DNA of 64,000 bases, taken from assembly GCA_963775425.1 (NCBI GenBank), contig CAVZJB010000018.1, positions 32,001 to 96,000 of the forward strand. The letters are read 5' to 3'. Source of the stretch: an uncultured delta proteobacterium (GTDB lineage: Bacteria; Myxococcota; UBA727; VGSZ01). The number at the start of each line of letters is the position of its first letter. Position 1 is the stretch's first letter. Shown here piece by piece: positions 49,050 to 57,830 of the stretch. Below the pieces are notes generated by a model. That model saw nothing but the letters and a program-made list of their open reading frames with translations, had not been told where the DNA came from and searched no databases. The position numbers and the translations under genes are program-made.

Positions 49050-49997
49050 CTAGGCGCGCGCGTGAGCGGAGCGCGCGACGAGGTCGGCCGCCGCCTCGGG
49101 CCAGGTGGGGAAGTGGAACGAAAAGCCGGCGTCGACGAGGCGGCCGGGGACCACGCGACGGCTCTTCAACAACAGCTCGGTCTCGCTGCGCATGAAGAAC
49201 GCGCCGAGCGAGAGCATCCAGCGCGACGCGGGGAGGCCGATGGGGACGTTCCACGCGGCGCGCAGCGCGAGGTTGAAGTCGCGCTGGGGCAGGGGCGTCG
49301 GGGACGCCAGGTTCACCGGGCCGGACAGCTCCTCGTGCGCGACGAGGAAGTCCACGGCGCGGACGACGTCGACGTCGTGGATCCAGCTCACGTATTGGGC
49401 GCCGCCCGCAGCGGCGCCCCCGAGGCCAAAGCGCGTGAGCCGCGACATGACGTCGAAGATGCCGCCGGCGTCGGGGCTCATCACCATCGTCGCGCGCAGC
49501 GCCACCTTGCGCGTCGACGGTGTCGGCGCGTCCGAGAGCGCCTGCTCCCACGCCTTGGCGACCGCCACGCTGCGCGTCCACTTCTGCGGCGCGCCCCGCG
49601 CGCGCTCGGCGTCGCTGCCGCCGATCTCCCCGTGCTCCTCGTCGTTGTCGGCGTCGAAGCGGTGCGCGTAGATCGTCGCCGTCGACATCTGCAGCCACAG
49701 CCGCGGCGGCGCCTTCGCCTGCGCCACCGCCTCGCCGACCACGCGCGTCGAGTCCACGCGCGACGACATCATCTGCCGCAGGTTCTCCGCCGTGTAGCGA
49801 CAGTTCACCGTGCGCCCGGCGAGGTTCACGACGAGGTCGGCGCCGTCGAGCGCGTCGGCCCACGGCCCGAGCGAGCGCCCGTCCCACGCCGGGCTCGTGC
49901 GGCGCCCGATGACGACGACGTCGTGGCCGGCGGCGCGCCAGTGCCGCTCGAGCATGCGGCCGAGCTGCCCGGTGCCCCCGGTGAGGACGGCCTTCAC
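49050..49997 (-). CDS. TIGR01777-family NAD-dependent epimerase/oxidoreductase (DUF1731)
   Basis: TGGTGQLG, VNLAG, SWIHDVD and P.RL..AGF.F motifs. Confidence 0.9.
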   Translation of the reverse strand: MKAVLTGGTGQLGRMLERHWRAAGHDVVVIGRRTSPAWDGRSLGPWADALDGADLVVNLAGRTVNCRYTAENLRQMMSSRVDSTRVVGEAVAQAKAPPRLWLQMSTATIYAHRFDADNDEEHGEIGGSDAERARGAPQKWTRSVAVAKAWEQALSDAPTPSTRKVALRATMVMSPDAGGIFDVMSRLTRFGLGGAAAGGAQYVSWIHDVDVVRAVDFLVAHEELSGPVNLASPTPLPQRDFNLALRAAWNVPIGLPASRWMLSLGAFFMRSETELLLKSRRVVPGRLVDAGFSFHFPTWPEAAADLVARSAHARA

Positions 49998-50007
49998 GGC
50001 TCCACCG

Positions 50008-51024
50008 TCATGGGTTGTCCAGGAGCAGGACGTCTTCGCCCTCGAAGCGCACGCCCACCGTGCCGACGACGACGGCGCCCCGTGCTTGCGACAGCGCCAC
50101 CGCCGACACCAGCACCGCGCCCTTGGGCGTGGCGACCAGGCGCGCCCGCGTGGGCGTGGCGACGTCGTCATCGACGGCGGGGCCGAGCCAGAGTGCTTCG
50201 CCGACCGCGAGCCGTTCGGCGCGGCGGCCCTGGTCGCGAAAGCGCACGGTCAGCCCGCCGGCGCGCTCGAGGCGTGGCACGAAGCGCACCGTGAGCGTCG
50301 TCGCCGCGATGTTGCCGCTGCCGGCGACGTCGATGCGGGTGCCGTTCGTGAGCGCCTTGGGGGCGCCGGGCCGGAGCGCGGCGGCGCCGATGCGCACGTG
50401 TCCCTCGGCGTAGACGTCGGCCACGGTGAACCCGTCGCCCTGGCGGCGAAAGCGGAGCTGGCGCTGCGGCATCGGCAGCTTCAGCGCCGCGTCCCGCAGG
50501 CTGCCGACGAGCGCCTCGTCGCCGCGCACGCGCAGCGACGCCGCGGGCATCTGCGCGTGCGGCGCACGCTCGATGACGAGGTCGTGGCCGGCCGCGGTCT
50601 TCGGCCATTGCAACACCGGCGCCCCCGACGACGGCGCGAGCGCGCCGATCTTTGCGAGCGCCACCACCCGCGCGGCGGCCGCGCTGCCGGCCACTGCGTC
50701 GAGCGGCTTGCCTGCCACCGACAAGCGGCCGCGCGCATCGACGAGGACGGCGAGGTCACGCACCGGCTCGCCGCCGGGGACGTCGAGCCCGAGCAGCGCC
50801 TCGTGGGCCTCGGACCCGACGACGAGGTCCTCGTTCAACAGCTCGCCGAGGTGCTCCGCCAACGTCCGCCCATCGAGCTTCGTCCACGCGGACGCGCCGC
50901 GCAGCTCCCAGAGCGCGCCGATGCGCAGGTCGAGGTCGGCGCCGGGATCGAAGGCCGCGCGGTGCTTTTCGAGGTCGACGGCGCGGGGCGCGACGGGAGC
51001 ACGCTGGGCGCGCGGATAGACCAT
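50008..51024 (-). CDS. Hypothetical protein
   Basis: Fills the gap downstream of dnaN in the same orientation with 7 bp spacing; no motif recognised. Confidence 0.6.
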   Translation of the reverse strand: MVYPRAQRAPVAPRAVDLEKHRAAFDPGADLDLRIGALWELRGASAWTKLDGRTLAEHLGELLNEDLVVGSEAHEALLGLDVPGGEPVRDLAVLVDARGRLSVAGKPLDAVAGSAAAARVVALAKIGALAPSSGAPVLQWPKTAAGHDLVIERAPHAQMPAASLRVRGDEALVGSLRDAALKLPMPQRQLRFRRQGDGFTVADVYAEGHVRIGAAALRPGAPKALTNGTRIDVAGSGNIAATTLTVRFVPRLERAGGLTVRFRDQGRRAERLAVGEALWLGPAVDDDVATPTRARLVATPKGAVLVSAVALSQARGAVVVGTVGVRFEGEDVLLLDNP

Positions 51025-51031
51025 CAGCGGG

Positions 51032-52174
51032 TCACAGACGCATCGGCATCACGACGCACAGGTGGCGCGGCTCGTCGACACCGACCAACAAGCCGGGCGA
51101 GAGGTTGTCGATGAGCTTCAAGAGCACGTTTTTGTCGTCGAGCGACTGCAGCGCCTCGAGGAGGTAGCGCGCGTTGAACGCGACCTCGATGGGCTGACCG
51201 GCGTACTCGACGGGGACGTCGTCGCTGATGTCGCCGGCGTCGGGGTTGGTGCACGACACGACGAGCTGATCCTTGTTGAGCGCGAGCTTGACCGGCTGCA
51301 TGCGGTCCGACGCGAGGACACTCACGCGCTTCAAGCTGTCGGCGAGGTCCTGGCGCGCGATGCGCACGATCTTGTCGGCGAGCTTGGGGATGACCTGCTT
51401 GTAGTCCGGGAACTGCCCGTCGACGAGGCGCATGCCGAGGAGCGTGAGCCCGCGGCGCAACACAGCGTGGTTGTCCTTGAAGCCGAGCTCCACGGTCTTG
51501 TCGCCGTCCTTCTCCGCGGCGGCGTCGCCGAGGATGCGGCGCAGCTCGCCGAGGCCCTTGCGCGGCAGGATGACCGGCGCCTTGAGGTTGAACTGGCTCG
51601 CGCCCTCGAAGGTGCGCTCAATCCGCACGAGGCGGTGGCCGTCGGTGGCGACCATGGTGAGCGGGCCCTCGGCGGTCGACGGCGGCTCGAAGAGCACGCC
51701 GTTGAGGTTGTAGCGGGTCTCGTCCTGCGACGCCGCGTAGAGGGTCTTGTCGACCATGTCGAGCAGCAGCGTGGTGTCGAGGGAGACGAAGCTGGCCTCG
51801 TTGTACGGCGGCAGCGACGGGAACTCGTCCGCCGACAACGCCAACAGCCGCGCGCGCGTGCGCCCGCTCTTCACCTCGACGTGCTGGTTGGGCAAGCGCT
51901 TGAGCGTGACGTCGGGCCCGGGGAGCTCGCGCACCATGTCGGCGAGCGCGCGGGCCGGGATGGTGACCGCGCCCGGCGCGATGACCTCGCACGCGCGCTC
52001 GGTGCGCACGCCGACGTCGAGGTCGGTGGCGGCCAGCGTGAGGCGCCCGCCCTCTCGCGCGCTCGCGTCGAGCAGCACGTGCGAAAGGATGGGCATGGTG
52101 TTCTTGCGCTGGACGACGCCCTGCGCGAGCGCCAGGGCGCGCGACAGCTCGGCGACGGGAATCCGAAGCTCCAT
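51032..52174 (-). CDS. dnaN: DNA polymerase III beta sliding clamp
   Basis: PILSHVLL, ATDLD, ATDGHRL, GQFPDY, FNARYL and VVMPMRL motifs. Confidence 0.98.
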   Translation of the reverse strand: MELRIPVAELSRALALAQGVVQRKNTMPILSHVLLDASAREGGRLTLAATDLDVGVRTERACEVIAPGAVTIPARALADMVRELPGPDVTLKRLPNQHVEVKSGRTRARLLALSADEFPSLPPYNEASFVSLDTTLLLDMVDKTLYAASQDETRYNLNGVLFEPPSTAEGPLTMVATDGHRLVRIERTFEGASQFNLKAPVILPRKGLGELRRILGDAAAEKDGDKTVELGFKDNHAVLRRGLTLLGMRLVDGQFPDYKQVIPKLADKIVRIARQDLADSLKRVSVLASDRMQPVKLALNKDQLVVSCTNPDAGDISDDVPVEYAGQPIEVAFNARYLLEALQSLDDKNVLLKLIDNLSPGLLVGVDEPRHLCVVMPMRL

Positions 52175-52199
52175 GGAGTTACTCCTCGACGGAGACAGC

Positions 52200-52520
52200 C
52201 TCTAGCGGAGCTTTGCGCGCGGCGCAAAGAGGATCGATCCAAGGTTTCAATTGAAGAGTCATCTCCGATCAGCCCTGGGGAATCCGGGGGAAGTCGGGCT
52301 CTGCGTCGACGGCGGGTGGAGGGAGGGCGGGGAAAGGCTTGGGGCGGGGGCCTTGCTCCCCCGGGGAAAAAAAGACCGATCGATTGCTCCCCGGCGCCTC
52401 CCCGGCCGTCGCTGTGGCGAATGGGGAGAGCCGCGCTTTCCCCAGGCGGGCTGTGGAGAGGCAGATCGTCAAAAACACGCGAGAAAGAGCGCGATGCCCG
52501 GGGGCTTCCCCCAAGCATCG
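52200..52520. other. Candidate oriC-like / DnaA-regulated region upstream of dnaN
   Basis: Degenerate DnaA-box-like 9-mers (TGTGGCGAA 52413, TGTGGAGAG 52452, several (T/C)GGGGA..) and a relatively AT-rich patch at about 52230-52270. Confidence 0.4.
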
Positions 52521-52668
52521 GACATCGTCCTACACCTCTTCGTTTCGGCGGCCGGCCTCCCCCGAACCCTGGATCGACGGGCTTGGCGGCCGGACGCGGG
52601 TGAGCGGCTGGCACCGGCGTTGCCTTGGGGCCAGGCACGCCCCACGGGGCGAAACCATGGAGACAGAC

Positions 52669-52902
52669 ATGAGCGACAAGAAGATGAAGCACCTGTGGAT
52701 GGTCGAGGACTACCCGCAGCGGGGGGAGCGGCCGGCGGGCAGCTACTGGACGAAGATCGGCGTCGCCTTCGAAAACCGCGACGGCTCCTGGAGCCTCGAT
52801 CTGAAGGCGTTCCCGCTCAACGGCAGGTTGCAGATGCGCGACCCGGCGCCGCCGCGCGAGCTCGCTCCGGACACGGGCAAGGGCGTCGAGGCGACGGCGT
52901 GA
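52669..52902 (+). CDS. Small hypothetical protein, possibly a PC4/Drc-like ssDNA-binding fold
   Basis: GGAG RBS; YWTKIGVAFENRDGSWSLDL.AFP motif; GTGA-coupled to comEA. Confidence 0.7.
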   Translation: MSDKKMKHLWMVEDYPQRGERPAGSYWTKIGVAFENRDGSWSLDLKAFPLNGRLQMRDPAPPRELAPDTGKGVEATA

Positions 52903-53186
52903 AGGCGTTGATCCTCGCGCTGTTGTTCGCGCTGTCGCTGCCGGTGGCGGCGCTCGAGCCGGTCCCCGTCGACCTCAACCGGGCGACGGTGCAGCAGCTC
53001 GAGAACCTGCCCGGCATCGGTCCCAAGAAAGCCGAAGCGATCGTGGAGCTGCGCCGAAAGAAGCCGTTCACCCGCGTCACCCAGCTCCTGCTGGTGCGGG
53101 GGATCGGAAGGAGGACTCTCGATCGTCTCCGGCCCTACGTGAAGGTGGCGCCGGCGAAGCCGCCGGCGGCGCACCCTTCGCGTTGA
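52899..53186 (+). CDS. comEA: ComEA-family helix-hairpin-helix DNA-binding protein
   Basis: Signal peptide, VDLNRAT..L..LPGIGPKKA and VRGIG motifs. Confidence 0.88.
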   Translation: MKALILALLFALSLPVAALEPVPVDLNRATVQQLENLPGIGPKKAEAIVELRRKKPFTRVTQLLLVRGIGRRTLDRLRPYVKVAPAKPPAAHPSR

Positions 53187-53211
53187 CCTTCGGGCCCGCT
53201 AGACGGCGTGC

Positions 53212-53649
53212 ATGAGAAGCGTCGTGCAGCGGGTCTCGAAAGCGCGGGTGGTCGTCGAGGGGGAGGAGGTCGGCGGCATCGGAGCCGGCCTCCTCGCCCT
53301 CGTCGGCGTCATGGACGGCGACGGTGACGACGACGTCGCGTGGCTCGCGCACAAGCTCCGGACGCTCCGGGTCTTCCCGGACGGGGCCGGCAAGATGAAC
53401 CTCTCCGTCGGCGACGCAGGCGGCGGCTTGCTGGTGGTGTCGCAGTTCACCCTGGCCGCCGACGTCGGGAAGGGCGCGCGGCCCTCGTTCGTGGGCGCGA
53501 TGCACCCCGACCAGGCCCGGCCGCTCTTCGACAGGCTGCTCGGCGCGCTCGGCGAAGGCGTGGCCACCGGCCGCTTCGGGGCGCACATGGACGTGGAGCT
53601 GGTGAACGACGGCCCCGTGACCCTCTGGCTCGACTCGGGGCGGCGATGA
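53212..53649 (+). CDS. dtd: D-aminoacyl-tRNA deacylase
   Basis: [19 protein letters not shown] and NDGPVT motifs. Confidence 0.97.
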   Translation: MRSVVQRVSKARVVVEGEEVGGIGAGLLALVGVMDGDGDDDVAWLAHKLRTLRVFPDGAGKMNLSVGDAGGGLLVVSQFTLAADVGKGARPSFVGAMHPDQARPLFDRLLGALGEGVATGRFGAHMDVELVNDGPVTLWLDSGRR

Positions 53650-54230
53650 GCTTCCGGGGTGTCCTGAGCGACGCGGGTCTGGCGGCGCCGCTCGTGGAGG
53701 CGTGCGCGGTCCACTTCGCGTTGCTCCTGCGGTGGAACCGGACCCATAACCTCACGCGCATCACCGACCCGGACGAGGCGGCTCGCAGGCACTACCTCGA
53801 CTGCCTCGTCCCGTTGCTCGCCTGGGACGCGCCCGCGTCCTTCGCTGACGTCGGCGCGGGCGCCGGCTTCCCCGGGCTGCTGGCGGCACTGGCGTGGCCT
53901 GCGGCCGCGGCGACTCTGGTGGAGCCGGCGGCCAAGCGGGCGTCCTTCCTCCGGCTCGCCGCGACGGAGATGGGCGTGGCGGTCGAGGTGCGGCCGCCTG
54001 GCGCGGGGGACTTTGCCCGGGTCCTGTCGCGCGCGACATTTCCTCCGGGAGAGCGGCAGGGCCTGGAGGCGTACGCGGCGGCGCGGGCGTCCGTCGCGGT
54101 GTGGGGTCACGCCGCCGACCTCGCCGCCTGGCGCGCGGAGCTCTCGGGGTGGAGCCGCGCGTGGACCGCCGGTCTGCGCGATTACCAGGTCCCCGGCCTC
54201 GAGCCCCGCGCCCTGCTCGTGGCGGGTTGA
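53646..54230 (+). CDS. rsmG: 16S rRNA m7G527 methyltransferase RsmG (GidB)
   Basis: [22 protein letters not shown] and SRA motifs. Confidence 0.9.
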   Translation: MSFRGVLSDAGLAAPLVEACAVHFALLLRWNRTHNLTRITDPDEAARRHYLDCLVPLLAWDAPASFADVGAGAGFPGLLAALAWPAAAATLVEPAAKRASFLRLAATEMGVAVEVRPPGAGDFARVLSRATFPPGERQGLEAYAAARASVAVWGHAADLAAWRAELSGWSRAWTAGLRDYQVPGLEPRALLVAG

Positions 54231-54250
54231 CGGGCGGTCCCCGGGAAGTC

Positions 54251-54309
54251 GGGCAGGTCACGCCCCGGCACAGGGGCGCTCGAGGTCCGCGGGCGCCGGT
54301 CACGCGCGG
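54251..54309 (+). repeat. Approx. 58-bp REP-like direct repeat, copy 1 (near-identical copy at 55464-55521, partial copy at 55420-55448)
   Basis: GGGCAGGTCACGCCCCGGCACAGGG(G)CGCTCGAGGTCCGCGGGCGCCGGTCACGCGCGG with an internal CGCCCC/GGGGCG hairpin. Confidence 0.9.
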
Positions 54310-54367
54310 CGAGCTTGTCGCGGCGGCGGCCGTGAGCGCGGCGCGCGGTGTGGGGTGCGTCCGAGGT

Positions 54368-54453
54368 GGCGCCCTGGGCTTGCCCGCCCTCGGCTGCTCG
54401 CGGCTCCAGGCGGCCGAAGCGGGCGCCCCGGGCTTGCCCGCCCTCGGCTGCTC
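54368..54453 (+). repeat. 32-bp direct repeat pair (54368-54399, 54422-54453); the second copy abuts the IS110 left end
   Basis: GGCGCCC(T/C)GGGCTTGCCCGCCCTCGGCTGCTC, one mismatch. Confidence 0.9.
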
Positions 54454-54479
54454 ATTGGACAACCTCTACGCCGCGGTGA

Positions 54480-54680
54480 CGGGTTGAGCGATCTTCCCGG
54501 CGCCGTCTCCCGGGCTTCGTCGGGGAGGGCCGCGCTCGCTTGCCGGTGAACGGCCCCTGTGAGACCCGCCCCCTCGACGAAGCCGGGAGCCTTGAAGCGG
54601 CTACAGGACGTTGCGCCCGACGATGTTTGCTGACGACGACGGAGCGCCTGTCAATGAGCAACCGATCAAGGCTCCCAGCC
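54480..54680 (+). ncRNA. Putative IS110 bridge RNA (target- and donor-binding loops)
   Basis: Perfect stems GGCTTCGTCG/CGACGAAGCC (54513-22/54575-84) and GGGAGCCTTGA/TCAAGGCTCCC (54585-95/54666-76), each enclosing an internal loop; guide complementarity to the element end and flank; ends approximate. Confidence 0.7.
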
Positions 54681-54712
54681 CGGGGGACGGTACCGCAACA
54701 AGGAGGTCCGTC

Positions 54713-55386
54713 GTGTCGTACTTTGCAGGTTTGGATTGGGCGGCGAACGAACACGCCGTCTGCGTCATCGACGACAAGGGCAGCGTCGTGCTCCGCCTCG
54801 TCGTCAAGCACACCGAGGAGGGTCTCACCGGCGCTGTGGCGAAGCTCCGTAGGTTCACTGAGGAAGCGCCGCTGCGCATCGCCATCGAGCGGCCGACGGG
54901 GCTCGTCGTCGACACGCTGGTCGATGCGGGATTCCACGTCGTGCCGATTCACCCGAACGTCGTGAAAGCGACGCGTCCGCGCTACTCGAGCGTTGGCGCC
55001 AAGAGCGACCCCGGCGACAGCTACCTGCTGGCAGACTTGCTGCGCACCGATGGGCATCGCTTCAAGACGCTCACGCCGCTCGGAGACGAGACGAAGGCGC
55101 TGCGTGCCCTCGTTCGCGCACGCGGCGACCTCGTTGCCGAGCGGGTTGCACTGGCGAACCAGCTGCGCGCGCTCGTTGAGAGCTTCTGGGCCGGCGCCGC
55201 GTGCATCTTCCGCGACATCGACTCGCCCATCGCGCTGGCGTTCCTCGGGAGGTACCCGACACCGCAGCACGCCGAGCGCGTCGGCGAGAAGCGGCTCGAA
55301 GCGTTCCTGGCGCGCAACCACTACTCCGGTCGCAGGGACGTCGCCGAGCTCCTGGGCCGCTTGCGAGGTGCGCCCAGCGGCATGAC
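54713..55386 (+). pseudogene. IS110 transposase/recombinase, N-terminal RuvC-like DEDD domain only
   Basis: AGGAGG RBS; GLDWA, IAIERP and KSDPGDSYLLAD motifs; C-terminal Tnp domain absent, frame runs into repeats and stops at 55606. Confidence 0.85.
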
Positions 55387-55690
55387 AGCCGCTTGGGCTT
55401 CCTGGGATGACGGACCCCCGGGCAGGTCACGCCCCGGCACAGGGGCGCGGGCCCTGGGATCCCGGGCAGGTCACGCCCCGGCACAGGGCGCTCGAGGTCC
55501 GCGGGCGCCGGTCACGCGCGGGCAGATGCAGGGGCAGGCGCGCGGCCACCACGTTCACCCCGCGAGGCGCGACCCTGCGAGCGAGCGGAGCTCCATCACG
55601 TGGTGAAGGCCACCCACCACGTGGCAGCGGCCGACCGGCTTTCGTGTGCCACGGGCAACGCGCGCTGTGCGCAGCAAGGAAGATGGGGTG

Positions 55691-55706
55691 GTTTTCACGT
55701 GGAACA
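55691..55706. promoter_or_regulatory. parS: parS site
   Basis: GTTTTCACGTGGAACA, 14/16 to the parS consensus, upstream of parA. Confidence 0.8.
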
Positions 55707-55801
55707 TTCGAGACGAACGCAAAAAAATCGAGTGAAAACAGCGGATTAAAATGCCGACGCCGCGGGTGGTACGAGGTCGGCCCTCGCTCGCGTCGCTGGG
55801 G

Positions 55802-55817
55802 TGTTCCACGTGAAACC
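55802..55817. promoter_or_regulatory. parS: parS site
   Basis: TGTTCCACGTGAAACC, 15/16 to the parS consensus. Confidence 0.88.
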
Positions 55818-55945
55818 CTCGCCCCACGCGCCCCGCCACGTGGCAGCCGTCTCCACTTTGGGCTGGACGTCGATCCCGGCCGAGCGTACAAGGAGCGCCC
55901 CGGCAGCAACAGAAGCTCGAATCGCGGGCAAATCGCGGAGGTCCC

Positions 55946-56734
55946 ATGGGTCGCGTGGTCGCCATCGTCAACCAGAAGGGAGGCGTCGGGAAGACCACGA
56001 CGTCCGTGAACCTCGCCGCGTCCCTCGCCGCGCAAGGCCAGCGCGCCCTCCTCATCGATATGGACCCGCAGGGCAACGCCTGCAGCGGCCTCGGCGTCTT
56101 CGCGACCCCCGAAGAGCAGACGCTCTATCATGTCCTCCTCGGGCACGCGTCCCTCGACGACGTCATTCGCCCCACCGATGTCGCCGGGCTCTCCCTCGCC
56201 CCCTCCAACACCCAGCTCGTCGGCGCCGAGATCGAGCTGGTCAGCGAGCTGGCCCGGGAGACCCGCTTGAAGCGGGCCCTCGCCAAGGTGCAGGGCTCCT
56301 TTGACGTCGTCCTCCTCGACTGCCCGCCCTCCTTGAACCTCCTCACCGTCAACGCGCTTACCGCCGCCGACGCGGTCCTCATCCCGCTCCAGTGCGAGTA
56401 CTACGCGCTCGAGGGTCTCTCGCACCTCCTCAAGACCATCGAGCTCGTGAAGGGCTCCCTCAACGAGCGGCTCGCCCTCGACGGCATCCTGCTCACCATG
56501 TTCGACGCGCGGAACAACCTCAGCCACCAGGTCATCGAGGAGGTGCGGCAGCACTTCCCTGGCCAGGTCTGCGACACCATCATCCCCCGGAACGTCCGCC
56601 TCTCGGAGGCGCCGAGCCACGGCAAGCCGGGCTTGCTCTACGACGTCGCCTCCCGTGGGGTGCAGGCGTACATCGCGCTCGCCGAGGAGCTCCTGAAGCG
56701 CTGGAAGCTCGAGAAGCCGGCCCGCGCCGCGTGA
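55946..56734 (+). CDS. parA: Chromosome partitioning ATPase ParA/Soj
   Basis: NQKGGVGKTT, DMDPQGNA, DCPPSL and RLSEAPSHG motifs. Confidence 0.97.
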   Translation: MGRVVAIVNQKGGVGKTTTSVNLAASLAAQGQRALLIDMDPQGNACSGLGVFATPEEQTLYHVLLGHASLDDVIRPTDVAGLSLAPSNTQLVGAEIELVSELARETRLKRALAKVQGSFDVVLLDCPPSLNLLTVNALTAADAVLIPLQCEYYALEGLSHLLKTIELVKGSLNERLALDGILLTMFDARNNLSHQVIEEVRQHFPGQVCDTIIPRNVRLSEAPSHGKPGLLYDVASRGVQAYIALAEELLKRWKLEKPARAA

Positions 56735-56738
56735 CCGG

Positions 56739-57608
56739 ATGAGGAGACGAACGATGGACAACGCCATGCTCGACAAGCGCCGCGGACTGGGACGAGGTCT
56801 CTCCGCGCTGATTCCGCCCAAGCCCGCCGAGGTCGTCGGCGGCCCCACCAAGGGCACGCCCACGCTCCCGATCGAGCAGATTCTTCCGGGAGATGGCCAG
56901 CCGCGGCAGCGCTTCGACGACCACCGCCTCGAGGAGCTGTCGGAGTCCATCAAGGCCCACGGCGTCATCCAGCCCATCGTCGTGCGCAAGCGCGGGGCGC
57001 AGTATGAAATCATCGCCGGCGAGCGCCGGTGGCGGGCGGCCCAGCGCGCCGGGCTCACCCACATCCCGGCGGTGGTGTCGGACGCGGCCGAACAGGACAC
57101 GCTCACGCTCGCGCTCGTCGAGAACCTCCAGCGCGAGGACCTGAATCCCATCGAAGAGGCCGAGGCGTTTCACCGGCTCCACGAGGAGCTCGGCTACAGC
57201 CAGCAGGAGATCGCCGAGGCCGTCGGCAAGGACCGCACGACCGTCGCGAACTCGCTGCGCCTCTTGAAGCTGCCCGCCGCGGTCCGCGGCCAGGTGCTCG
57301 GGGGCGAGCTGACCATGGGGCACGCGCGCGCGCTGCTCGCGCTCGACGACGCCGCCGAGATGGAGAAGCTCGGCCGCGAGGTCGTCGCCAAGAAGTGGAG
57401 CGTCCGCCAGACCGAGCGGGCCACGCAGCCGCCGCAGCCGAAGAAGCAAGGCCGCGAGAGCGAGGCCGAGCGGGACGTCCGGCAGCGCCTGCAGCGCGCC
57501 CTGGGCACCCGCGTGGACCTCAAGCACACGGCCGGCAAGGGCACCCTCTCGGTGCACTTCGCGAGCTTCGCCGAGCTCGAGTCGCTGATGGAGCGCTTCG
57601 GGGCCTGA
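56739..57608 (+). CDS. parB: Chromosome partitioning protein ParB/Spo0J
   Basis: GLGRGL, QPR, GERRWRA, ENLQREDLNPIEEA and HTH; the true start may be a later ATG. Confidence 0.97.
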   Translation: MRRRTMDNAMLDKRRGLGRGLSALIPPKPAEVVGGPTKGTPTLPIEQILPGDGQPRQRFDDHRLEELSESIKAHGVIQPIVVRKRGAQYEIIAGERRWRAAQRAGLTHIPAVVSDAAEQDTLTLALVENLQREDLNPIEEAEAFHRLHEELGYSQQEIAEAVGKDRTTVANSLRLLKLPAAVRGQVLGGELTMGHARALLALDDAAEMEKLGREVVAKKWSVRQTERATQPPQPKKQGRESEAERDVRQRLQRALGTRVDLKHTAGKGTLSVHFASFAELESLMERFGA

Positions 57609-57611
57609 TCA

Positions 57612-57700
57612 AGCTCGGCCGCTCGCTCCGGTCGCGCGGCCGCTTCCTCCGGTCGCTCTCACGCGCGGCCGCCCCCTCAGCTCCCTCCGGTCGCTGATCG
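57612..57700. repeat. Cluster of REP-like GCT(C/T)(G/C)CTCCGGTCGC motifs after parB
   Basis: Three copies within 90 bp. Confidence 0.7.
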
Positions 57701-57830
57701 AGATCGGGCTTGTGTGAGGTGAGGCAGATGGCGTACACGAGCGCGGCTCGTCTCGCCGATCGTCGACGTCGCCGAGCCCAACACGTTCGCGCCGGCGGCC
57801 CCACGCGGCCGCCCCTTTCGGAGGATCGCC

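Larger units (their letters stand above)
54451..55386 (+). mobile_element. 3'-truncated IS110-family insertion sequence
   Basis: About 260-nt structured non-coding left end plus the N-terminal part of the recombinase; lower GC than neighbouring genes. Confidence 0.85.

Noticed and set aside
55387-55394. AGCCGCTT at the transposase truncation point is the reverse complement of AAGCGGCT (54595-54602) in the putative bridge RNA
   Set aside because: Meaningful only if that segment, rather than ACAGGACGTT, is the left donor guide; an 8-nt match cannot be separated from chance here
54251-55521. Repeats around the IS110 as a CRISPR array
   Set aside because: Only 2-3 copies, irregular spacing, no unique spacers of constant length and no cas genes
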